Shown here in pieces: positions 24,776-32,000 of a DNA stretch of 32,000 nt; position 1 is the first letter of the stretch; the number at the start of each line of letters is the position of its first letter. This DNA is from Synechococcus elongatus PCC 6301 (lineage in GTDB: Bacteria > Cyanobacteriota > Cyanobacteriia > Synechococcales > Synechococcaceae): positions 2,160,001 to 2,192,000 of the forward strand of contig NC_006576.1 of assembly GCF_000010065.1 (NCBI RefSeq). The letters are read 5' to 3'. The notes beneath the pieces are model-generated. The model saw only the letters and a list, made by a program, of their open reading frames with translations. It did no database searches and was not told the DNA's origin. Made by a program: the position numbers and the translations under genes.

Positions 24776-26703
24776 GCCTTAGGCCAGTTAGCGATCGCCA
24801 CCGGTTCGATTTCGTCTGCAAGGTCGAAGCCGAAGATTTGGCTGTAGAAGTACAGCTCCCCTTCCAGCGATCGCTTGATGTTAGCAGCCTGCCGGAAGCC
24901 GTGCTGTTCCTCGGGGAAGAGCACATAGGCGACAGGCAGGCCTTTGGCTTTGAGTGCGGCGACCATGGTTTCTGCCTGCGCCGGTGGCACAACTTTGTCT
25001 TCCAAACCTTGGAAGAAAATCACAGGGCAGTTGAGCTGCTCGACGTGGTGAATCGGCGATCGCTCGCGGTAAAGATCCGCCGCCTCGGGCCAAGGGCCAA
25101 TCAAGCCATCGAGGTAGCGGGACTCAAATTTGTGGGTGTCTTCAGCGAGGGCTTTGAGGTCGCCAATGCCATAGCGGCTCGCTCCGGCTTTGAAAACATC
25201 GGTGAAGGTCAGGGCACAGAGCGTTGTGTAGCCGCCCGCGCTACCACCATCAATGCAGAGGCGATCGCCATCCACTAGCCCTTGATCGGCTAACCACTGG
25301 GCACCAGCGGCGCAATCTTCAACATCGACAATGCCCCACTGCCCTTGCAGGGCATCGCGATAGGGGCGGCCATAGCCCGTGCTACCGCCGTAATCGACAT
25401 CAAGCACAGCGATACCGCGACTCGTCCAGTACTGAATGCCAAGGCTAAGGCTGCTGCGAGTTTGCGCCGTCGGGCCGCCATGACTTTTGACCAGTAGCGG
25501 CGGTTTCTCGCCCGCAGGCGCTCGGTAGTCCGGATTATTCGGCGGGTAGAAGTGACCGTATGCCACCCGACCATTGGCACTCGGGAAACTAATGCTCTGG
25601 GGAATCGAGAGATAGCGCGGGTCGAGATCCAAGCTGGAGCTGGACTTGAGGACTTGCCACTCGCCACTGCTGATTTGCAGTTCAATCACCGCACCCGGGC
25701 GATCGGTATTGGCTGCCGTAAATAAAGCGCGATCGCCTTCTACAACTAAGCCAGAGATATCCGTGAACGGCAGATCAAATGGCTTCAGGCTGCCCGTGGC
25801 GAGATCCACTAGCGAGAGCGACCAGTGCCCTGCCCTTGTAGAAGCGGCCAACCAGCGATCGCCATCGATCGGTGCCCAAGTGCGCATACCAAACACCCAT
25901 TGGGGCAGGCCAAATTCCGCCTCAGTGGGCGCGATCGCCTGCGTGTTCTGACCATCCCAGCTGTAGAGATTCCACCAGCTGCTGCGATCGGAGACAAAGC
26001 CCAAACGCCCATCCGGCAGCCATTCCGGCTGAAACACCGACTCGCGATCGCCTCCTGCAACTTTCTGCGGCGTGGCCAGCGACCCATCGGCTAGGAACTC
26101 CGCCACCCACAACTCGGTGCCATCCCAGGGCATATTCGGGTGCGACCAAGTCAGCCAAGCCAGCCGTTGCCCATCGGCACTGAGGCGCGGCGATGCATAG
26201 AAGTCCGCTCCGATCGTGAGAATCTGCCCTTCACTGGGTTCGCCAGTCAGAGGAATCGCTACGATCGCATCGATCGCTTCGCCCTCCGGTCGGTGATCTT
26301 CGCGGACGCCAATCCAGCGCTGCCGCTGGCGATCGATCAGACCATCTGCAAATTTCAGCGGTAGCTCCGGCGTCAACGGCTGCGGATCTTGCCCCAGAAT
26401 CAGGCGATAGAGCCGCTGATCCTTGTCGTGGCTGAAGTAGACCTCGCCCTGATCGATGCAGTAGGAGCCGCCGCCATACTCATGGGCTCGAGTGCGAACG
26501 TTCCACGGTGTCGGAGTTAGTTCTTCAATCTGTCCTGTCGCGGATTGGCGAATCAATGTCGTACGGCCGCGTTCCGTGGGGCGCGACTCCAGCCAGTAGC
26601 GATCGCCCCCTGACAGCATCACACCGCTCAATCCAACACTGCCTTGCACAATCAGGTCGGCACTGATCGGCGATCGCCAAGAACCGTAGGCAGCCGTGAT
26701 CAT
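24772..26703 (-). CDS. S9 family serine peptidase (beta-propeller plus alpha/beta-hydrolase)
   Basis: It has a C-terminal catalytic domain with nucleophile elbow GGSAGGYT, the Asp region GLEDKVVP and the His region EEQHGF. The long N-terminal W/D-rich repeats fit a propeller. Confidence 0.85.
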   Translation of the reverse strand: MITAAYGSWRSPISADLIVQGSVGLSGVMLSGGDRYWLESRPTERGRTTLIRQSATGQIEELTPTPWNVRTRAHEYGGGSYCIDQGEVYFSHDKDQRLYRLILGQDPQPLTPELPLKFADGLIDRQRQRWIGVREDHRPEGEAIDAIVAIPLTGEPSEGQILTIGADFYASPRLSADGQRLAWLTWSHPNMPWDGTELWVAEFLADGSLATPQKVAGGDRESVFQPEWLPDGRLGFVSDRSSWWNLYSWDGQNTQAIAPTEAEFGLPQWVFGMRTWAPIDGDRWLAASTRAGHWSLSLVDLATGSLKPFDLPFTDISGLVVEGDRALFTAANTDRPGAVIELQISSGEWQVLKSSSSLDLDPRYLSIPQSISFPSANGRVAYGHFYPPNNPDYRAPAGEKPPLLVKSHGGPTAQTRSSLSLGIQYWTSRGIAVLDVDYGGSTGYGRPYRDALQGQWGIVDVEDCAAGAQWLADQGLVDGDRLCIDGGSAGGYTTLCALTFTDVFKAGASRYGIGDLKALAEDTHKFESRYLDGLIGPWPEAADLYRERSPIHHVEQLNCPVIFFQGLEDKVVPPAQAETMVAALKAKGLPVAYVLFPEEQHGFRQAANIKRSLEGELYFYSQIFGFDLADEIEPVAIANWPKA

Positions 26704-26844
26704 CAGGGAGTCTCCATCGCTTTCTCCACTCTGCCATCTGGCTGGAGCTGGCTTTAGAGCGATCGCCCCTCCGAGGGCTTGCCAGCCGTTCCATCTCCGC
26801 TGATGATGGGGCCACTTTCTGCTCTTCCTGCCTGATCAGACCTA

Positions 26845-27717
26845 ATGCAACTTGCAGTGCTGGATCGCTTGCGTCTGCCCGGCTTTACCGGCGCTACTTT
26901 TGCGGCGCGGCTGGCGCGGTGGGGACTGGGCATCAGCCTGATCTACGTACTGATTGCGATCGCGGCACCACTCTTGCAGGCTTGGGGCTGGCTCCAAAAT
27001 CCGACGGAAGCGTTGCTCAATCCCATCCATGCCGCGCCCTCTTGGCAGCATTGGTTTGGCACAACGCGGCAGGGCTATGACGTCTTTTCACGGACGCTGT
27101 TTGGGACGCGAGTCGCTCTGCAGGTCGTTTTGCTGGGAACGAGTTTGAGTTTGGTGATCGGGGTGCCACTGGGCTTGATTGCCGGTTACTGGGGCGGTTG
27201 GCTCGATCGCGCCCTGGTTTTTTTGATGGACGTAATCTACACGCTGCCCGGCCTGCTGCTGTCGATCACGTTGGCTTTTGTGGTGGGACGCGGCGTGCCC
27301 AATGCAGCGATCGCCCTCAGCATTGCCTACGTGCCGCAGTACTTTCGAGTCGTGCGCAACCAAACGGCGAGTGTCAAAAGCGAACCCTACATCGAGGCGG
27401 CGCGATCGCTGGGGGCTTCGACCCCGCACATTTTGCGCAAGTACTTGGTCGCCAACGTCATCCAAAGCGTGCCGGTGCTATTCACCTTGAACGCAGCCGA
27501 TGCCGTCTTGATTCTGGGTGGTTTGGGCTTTCTGGGCTTAGGTCTACCGGAGGCAGTTCCCGAGTGGGGCTACGACCTACGGCAGGCACTGGACGCTCTG
27601 CCTACAGGCATTTGGTGGACGGCGCTCTTTCCGGGCTTGGCGATGACTCTGCTCGTCGTGGCGCTGTCGCTGCTAGGCGAAGGCCTGGGTGAAACCCTGC
27701 AACCCAAGCGGCGCTAG
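26845..27717 (+). CDS. ABC transporter permease, DppC/OppC (peptide/nickel) family
   Basis: It has six hydrophobic segments and the EAA loop YIEAARSLGASTPHILRKYLVANV. No partner permease, ATPase or binding-protein gene is nearby. Confidence 0.85.
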   Translation: MQLAVLDRLRLPGFTGATFAARLARWGLGISLIYVLIAIAAPLLQAWGWLQNPTEALLNPIHAAPSWQHWFGTTRQGYDVFSRTLFGTRVALQVVLLGTSLSLVIGVPLGLIAGYWGGWLDRALVFLMDVIYTLPGLLLSITLAFVVGRGVPNAAIALSIAYVPQYFRVVRNQTASVKSEPYIEAARSLGASTPHILRKYLVANVIQSVPVLFTLNAADAVLILGGLGFLGLGLPEAVPEWGYDLRQALDALPTGIWWTALFPGLAMTLLVVALSLLGEGLGETLQPKRR

Positions 27718-27727
27718 GCTAAGGGCT

Positions 27728-29170
27728 ATGGGGCTTGGCGATGCTGATTTACTCGATTACCTCCGTTGTGCGCGGCGGCTCTATCTGAATCGCTGGGGCG
27801 ATCGCCAGCAGGCTGAAGCCCCCAATGCTTACCTGCAACGGTTGCGTCGTCTTGCTTTGGAACGCCGGCGAGATGTGGCCGCGGAATGGCAGGCGATCGC
27901 GGTGGATCCGAGCGATCGCGCCGCCTCCACCCTCGATTTGATGGCTCAAGGTGTTGACTGTATTGAGGGCGGACGGCTCCAGGTGGAACCCCATTGGGCA
28001 GACCCGGATTTGTTGGTGCGCCAGCCCGGACAGTCGATTTGGGGCGATTGGATCTATCAGCCGGTGGCTGTCAAACTGGCCAAAAAGCCGAAGACGGAAT
28101 ATCTGCTGCAGCTAGCCTTTCAAGCAGAATTGCTGACTAGCATTCAAGGCGTTTGGCCTGAACAGGGTTGGCTGCTGCTGCGGGATTGCCATCCCAAGGC
28201 CTACAACCTCGATCTGCGGCGATCGCAATTACAAGAACATTTGGCGGCCTGTGCGCCGATTTTGCAGAATCAGCAGGAACCGGAGCTGTTCATCAGCCGG
28301 AGTCGCTGCGATCTCTGTGTCTGGCAAACGGACTGTCGCGATCGCGCCCGCGATCAAGTCCATCTGTCACTCTTGCCCGGGGTATCACCCAGCCGCTTTG
28401 CCATCCTGCGCGATCTCAAGCTGGATCAATTGGAAGCTCTGGCGACCGCCGATCCACAGAGTTTGGCGATCGCGGCGGACTGGGAACTGGGTCTGGCGCA
28501 GCGCTTAGTGCAGCAAGCAGCTGTCTTCCTCAGTCAACAGCCTCAGCCGCTCCAGACCTACGCCTTCCCCGATTCAGATGTTGAGTTTTTCTTTGATATC
28601 GAGGCGCAGCCAGATCTCGATCTCTGTTACCTACATGGGGTGCTGATTCGCGATCGCCGCCAGCCCGAAAGTCAGTTTCGCCCCTTGTTAGCTGAGCAGC
28701 CTGACCAAGAGGCAGACACGTGGCAACAACTGCTGCAATTACTCGATCGCCATCCGCAAGCGCCGGTCTATCACTTCTGCAGCTTTGAAGTCGACAGCTT
28801 GCGGCGTTTGGGTCAGCGCTATGGTTGCTCAACTCGACGCTTAGAAGCGTTACTGACGCGCTTCATCGACATCCATGCCGTGCTAACTCGCAGCGTGCTG
28901 CTGCCCACCGAAAGCTATGCCCTCAAAAGCATTGCCCGCTGGCTGGGTTTCGACTGGCGGGATACCGAGGCAAACGGCTCTCAAGCCATCCTCTGGTACG
29001 ACTACTGGCTAGAAACGGGCGATCGCACTTGGCTCGATCGAATCCTGCTCTACAACGAGGACGACTGCCGAGCGACGGCGATCGTCAAGGATTGGCTCGC
29101 CGAGTTCCTGCGGGAGCCTTGCCTGACTGGCGTTGCTGCTGTCGATGAGGAACAGCCGCTCAGACACTAG
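27728..29170 (+). CDS. TM0106-type RecB-like (Cas4-like) nuclease fused to an RNase H-like/DEDD-like domain
   Basis: The N-terminal half has one early Cys (YLRCARR) plus CDLCVWQTDC, a 4-Cys pattern like Cas4/AddB, along with PDLLV and VAVKLAKK. The middle has an HhH-like LLPGVSPSRF. The C-terminal half has FFFDIEAQ, YHFCSFE and LYNEDDC. I prefer ATG 27728 to the upstream GTG/alternative start. Confidence 0.7.
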   Translation: MGLGDADLLDYLRCARRLYLNRWGDRQQAEAPNAYLQRLRRLALERRRDVAAEWQAIAVDPSDRAASTLDLMAQGVDCIEGGRLQVEPHWADPDLLVRQPGQSIWGDWIYQPVAVKLAKKPKTEYLLQLAFQAELLTSIQGVWPEQGWLLLRDCHPKAYNLDLRRSQLQEHLAACAPILQNQQEPELFISRSRCDLCVWQTDCRDRARDQVHLSLLPGVSPSRFAILRDLKLDQLEALATADPQSLAIAADWELGLAQRLVQQAAVFLSQQPQPLQTYAFPDSDVEFFFDIEAQPDLDLCYLHGVLIRDRRQPESQFRPLLAEQPDQEADTWQQLLQLLDRHPQAPVYHFCSFEVDSLRRLGQRYGCSTRRLEALLTRFIDIHAVLTRSVLLPTESYALKSIARWLGFDWRDTEANGSQAILWYDYWLETGDRTWLDRILLYNEDDCRATAIVKDWLAEFLREPCLTGVAAVDEEQPLRH

Positions 29171-29574
29171 TCATAGAAGTCGAAGAGATCATCAAACGTC
29201 TCCGGGTTTGATTCTGGTTGCTTTGCAGACTGCTCAGCTTTGCTGGGAGCGGTTTGAAGGGCCGTTTCAACGTCCTCGCGATCGGTAGAGGGTTCCGCCG
29301 GTGCGACAGGTGCCTCTGGCAAGGCGATCGGTTCCGCCTCTACCGTGCTGCGGTCATCTTCAGTTGCCGACGGCGCGATCGCGGCATCCTCAGAATCTGC
29401 TGTGGCACCCTCAGCGTCTGAGACTGTTGGGGACTCTGTGGGAACTGCAGTCGACGGCTCTGACGCCTGCTCAGAGAGAACGCTGGGTTCCGGCACCTCT
29501 GGTGCCAATTCAGGTGCCACAGGTGTTGCTTCCGGTTCTGCGATCGCGGGTTCCGGTTCGGGTGCTGGCGGCAC
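29167..29574 (-). CDS. Pro/Glu/Ala-rich acidic tail ORF, probably the true C-terminus of the upstream lipoprotein
   Basis: This frame is open from 29685. Upstream of the nominal GTG it reads GELDRREILGIVDRNYV, then PPAPEPEPAIAEPEATPVAPE...ETFDDLFDFYD. It joins the lipoprotein frame at the C5 run 29619-29623. Confidence 0.5.
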   Translation of the reverse strand: MPPAPEPEPAIAEPEATPVAPELAPEVPEPSVLSEQASEPSTAVPTESPTVSDAEGATADSEDAAIAPSATEDDRSTVEAEPIALPEAPVAPAEPSTDREDVETALQTAPSKAEQSAKQPESNPETFDDLFDFYD

Positions 29575-30476
29575 GTAGTTGCGATCGACAATCCCCAGAA
29601 TTTCGCGGCGATCGAGTTCCCCCGCACCGAGCGATCGAGTACGGCTTGCCCGCCAGGCTGATAGTCGATTAAACGCACGGTGGTATTAAACGGCCCCGAT
29701 CGCGGCTGGCCTCGTTCATCCAAAAGTTCCAGCTTCACCCAGTTACGGCCGGGTTTCAGCCCTTCAAGATAGATCGGCTGCCAGTCCTCGGTGCGGAAGC
29801 TTTCACCGTTAACCGTGACGCGGATTTGCCAGTCTTCAATCTCATCATCCGCTTGAGCCAAACTATGGAGCGGCGCATTGGTCAAATAAAAATCCAACAT
29901 CACCGGCTCAGCCCCGTAGCTCCCCTTGGGACGGCTGTAGGTCAACAGGGGCTGGATGAGATTGGGGCGATCGCTCTCAGTGGGAGTGAAGACGCTGAAG
30001 CTCACTTGAGCGTAGGCACCTTCATTTTTGAAGCTCTCATGCCAGGGCCGCGAGGCAAAGACGCGCAGGGTATGGGTTCCGGGCTGGAGATCCGTCAGTT
30101 CAATCGGTTGGCCGACGTCATAAATCGCCTGATAGGGCTCGTTATCGAGAATCAAGTGGAGGTGCGGCCCCATCTGCCACTGCTCATTTAGGAAGAGCGG
30201 ATAGTCACGAACTTGAAGCTTGACCTCGACGCGATCACTCTCGATAACTTGGTCAGGCTTAGGGCTAAGAATTTTGACCTGCGGTTGATACTGATCGAGC
30301 GATCGACTCAGATCGGCGACTAATGCTGGTGGCGGAACTTCCTTGAGGCGACTGGCTCGCAGCGGCGTGGTGTCGAAGAGTGAAGCGCTGGGATCTGTCC
30401 GACAACCGATCAAAGCGATCGCTAAAAAAGAAACTACGACTCCCTTCAAGAATCGCGTCAGACCGAACTGCTTCAC
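29340..30476 (-). CDS. predicted lipoprotein, globular part (the frame looks wrong after about 29620)
   Basis: The GTG at 30476 gives VKQFGLTRFLKGVVVSFLAIALIGC, a signal peptide with lipobox LIGC. The translation looks well formed up to ...LIDYQPGGQAVLDRSVRG. After that the frame gives R/Q/S-rich sequence that looks like out-of-frame translation, down to the stop at 29340. Confidence 0.6.
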   Translation of the reverse strand: MKQFGLTRFLKGVVVSFLAIALIGCRTDPSASLFDTTPLRASRLKEVPPPALVADLSRSLDQYQPQVKILSPKPDQVIESDRVEVKLQVRDYPLFLNEQWQMGPHLHLILDNEPYQAIYDVGQPIELTDLQPGTHTLRVFASRPWHESFKNEGAYAQVSFSVFTPTESDRPNLIQPLLTYSRPKGSYGAEPVMLDFYLTNAPLHSLAQADDEIEDWQIRVTVNGESFRTEDWQPIYLEGLKPGRNWVKLELLDERGQPRSGPFNTTVRLIDYQPGGQAVLDRSVRGNSIAAKFWGLSIATTCRQHPNRNPRSQNRKQHLWHLNWHQRCRNPAFSLSRRQSRRLQFPQSPQQSQTLRVPQQILRMPRSRRRQLKMTAAR

Positions 30477-30744
30477 GTCGAGCCTCTCACTTGCCCCTTG
30501 TCCTGTTGATACACCCTTGGGGGACACTCCTCCAAATCGGGGATCCTGACGGCTAAGCGATCGCCCCCAGCACAGTTGGTCAGCATAGACACAGTCATTC
30601 GGCAAACCTTTACATCTCTCAATGATCATTCAGCCTAAAGGCAGTCAATGAATGCTTTGCATTGGTCTTAGGAGCCGAAAACCCTTGTCCTGAAAGCTCT
30701 TTGAATTATTGTTAATCGCCTTCGGAGGCCCAAAAACCCGCCCC

Positions 30745-30750
30745 TATAAT
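30745..30750 (+). promoter_or_regulatory. candidate -10 hexamer (TATAAT) for psaA
   Basis: This is the only perfect TATAAT in the 517-bp psaA upstream region. An AT-rich stretch (ttgaattattgttaat, 30701-30716) sits where a UP element or activator site would be. The -35 (ttcgga) is weak. It implies a 5' UTR of about 240 nt. Confidence 0.3.
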
Positions 30751-30993
30751 GCTCCCATCAGTGCTCCTTCCCGTGTGGAATCCTGCGTCGCTGTTTTTGT
30801 TTTCAGAGATTGCAGGTCCTTCCTAACCCTGGCGCCCACCGCTCCCTTGCTGAGCCAACTGCGCTATCCGGGTTCATGGTGCTGTTTAGTCTCGGAGTTG
30901 CCGAGGGGGTGGCCCCGAGAAATCTGAGGTCGCCACGTGTGGCTCTCAGAGGAAGGAGGAGGCCTCACCCTGTCTGAAGAGAGGAGAGTCTCA

Positions 30994-32000
30994 ATGACGA
31001 TAAGCCCACCGGAGCGAGAAGCGAAGGTGAAGGCGACGGTTGATAAAAATCCGGTTCCGACTTCTTTTGAGAAGTGGGGTAAGCCGGGTCACTTCGACCG
31101 GACGCTGGCCAAAGGACCCAAAACCACAACTTGGATTTGGAACCTTCACGCTAACGCTCACGATTTCGATAGTCATACCAGTGACCTTGAAGATATTTCA
31201 CGGAAAATCTTCAGCGCTCACTTTGGTCACCTTGCGGTGATCTTTATCTGGTTGAGCGGCGCTTACTTCCATGGCGCTCGCTTCTCCAATTTCAGCGGCT
31301 GGCTGGCCGATCCAACCCACGTCAAGCCCAGTGCCCAAGTCGTTTGGCCGATCTTCGGACAGGAGATCCTCAACGGCGATGTTGGCGGTGGCTTCCATGG
31401 CATTCAGATCACCTCCGGTCTGTTCCAGCTCTGGCGGGCCTCCGGCTACACCAACGAGTTTCAGCTCTACGTCACGGCGATCGGTGCGCTCGTGATGGCG
31501 GGTCTCATGCTGTTTGCTGGCTGGTTCCACTACCACAAAGCAGCTCCCAAGCTGGAATGGTTCCAAAACGTCGAATCGATGTTGAACCACCACTTGGCTG
31601 GCTTACTCGGTCTGGGCAGCTTGTCCTGGGCGGGTCACCAGATTCACGTGTCGCTGCCGGTCAACAAACTGCTGGATGCGATCGACGCTGGCGAACCGTT
31701 GGTTCTCAACGGCAAAACCATCGCTTCTGCGGCTGATATTCCGCTGCCGCATGAGTTCTTGGATGTCAGCCTGATCTCGCAGCTGTTCCCGGGCTTTGAA
31801 GCCGGTGTGAAAGCCTTCTTCACGCTCAACTGGTCAGCCTATGCCGACTTCCTGACCTTCAAAGGTGGCCTGAACCCCGTCACCGGTGGCCTCTGGCTGA
31901 CCGATACGGCTCACCACCACTTGGCGATCGCCGTCCTCTTCATTGTTGCGGGTCACATGTACCGCACGAACTGGGGTATCGGCCACAGCCTCAAAGAAAT
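30994..32000 (+). CDS. psaA: photosystem I P700 chlorophyll a apoprotein A1, N-terminal third (continues past the window)
   Basis: I translated this by hand from ATG 30994, which has GAGGAGAG 6-13 nt upstream. It reads [99 protein letters not shown]..., which is unmistakably PsaA. It is absent from the ORF track because no stop occurs before the window ends. Confidence 0.97.
   Translation, partial: MTISPPEREAKVKATVDKNPVPTSFEKWGKPGHFDRTLAKGPKTTTWIWNLHANAHDFDSHTSDLEDISRKIFSAHFGHLAVIFIWLSGAYFHGARFSNFSGWLADPTHVKPSAQVVWPIFGQEILNGDVGGGFHGIQITSGLFQLWRASGYTNEFQLYVTAIGALVMAGLMLFAGWFHYHKAAPKLEWFQNVESMLNHHLAGLLGLGSLSWAGHQIHVSLPVNKLLDAIDAGEPLVLNGKTIASAADIPLPHEFLDVSLISQLFPGFEAGVKAFFTLNWSAYADFLTFKGGLNPVTGGLWLTDTAHHHLAIAVLFIVAGHMYRTNWGIGHSLKE

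Noticed and set aside
24484-25278. A 264-aa plus-strand ORF, the longest unexplained ORF in the track.
   Set aside because: It runs through the 3' end of the methyltransferase in another frame and then antisense to the S9 peptidase. Its translation is low-complexity (R/G/S/H-rich) with no motif, and high-GC antisense frames commonly stay open. It is a shadow ORF.
29575-29685. Programmed -1 ribosomal frameshifting or transcriptional slippage as the explanation for the split lipoprotein gene.
   Set aside because: The site (C GGG GGA) is not a canonical X XXY YYZ heptamer, and I see no obvious downstream pseudoknot or hairpin. A 5-nt homopolymer is short for transcriptional slippage. An indel, either real or a sequencing artefact, is the simpler explanation, though recoding is not excluded.
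30477-30629. An upstream extension of the lipoprotein ORF (MIIERCKGLPNDC...).
   Set aside because: The extension precedes a textbook signal peptide and lipobox that starts at GTG 30476. A 51-residue cytoplasmic leader before a lipoprotein signal is implausible.
30700-30717. A possible RpaB HLR1 direct repeat (TTTGAATT-at-TGTTAATC) upstream of the psaA -10, and a lone TTTACATC at 30609-30616.
   Set aside because: There are two or more mismatches in the first unit, and the second unit barely matches (G/T)TTACA(T/A)(T/A). The position is suggestive, but the sequence is too degenerate to call.
1-32000. A scan for tRNA/rRNA genes, CRISPR arrays, IS elements, integrases, toxin-antitoxin pairs and known defence-system genes.
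   Set aside because: None were found. The only highly repeated sequence is the 8-bp HIP1 palindrome, no spaced direct repeats of 25-40 bp occur, and every long ORF is accounted for by a housekeeping-type gene or a shadow frame.

Overview
The window reads as gene-dense cyanobacterial core chromosome, with no accessory island. By my eye count it holds about 98 copies of the HIP1 octamer GCGATCGC (about 3 per kb). From memory, the PipX, CrtL and PsaA sequences point to Synechococcus elongatus (PCC 7942/6301 lineage). I support 31 protein-coding genes, left to right: ackA (3' part), a histidine phosphatase, a DCC-family oxidoreductase, then a minus-strand chaperone/ribosome cluster (grpE-dnaK-dnaJ-tusA-like-rsgA). 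Next come the type IV pilus motor operon pilB-pilT-pilC plus a tightly coupled unknown ORF, an HI0933-type flavoprotein, dusA, and a low-GC helix-hairpin-helix (HhH) mini-gene. These are followed by pheS, surE, crtL, the pipX-pipY-sepF-proC cluster, plsY and a DUF2949-like mini-protein. The right end holds a divergent UbiH-like monooxygenase/SAM-methyltransferase pair, an S9 peptidase, an orphan DppC-like permease, a TM0106-type RecB-like nuclease, a lipoprotein gene whose frame breaks at a C5/G5 run, and the 5' third of psaA. I found no tRNA, rRNA, CRISPR array, transposase or integrase. No clearly new multi-gene system is evident. The best leads are the split lipoprotein gene (29167-30476), the unknown ORF coupled to pilC, the UbiH-like/methyltransferase pair as candidates for unassigned plastoquinone steps, the dual-nuclease protein with an apparently altered catalytic motif, and an ORF-free 376-bp structured spacer. 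All homology calls come from reading motifs in the supplied translations; no database search was run.
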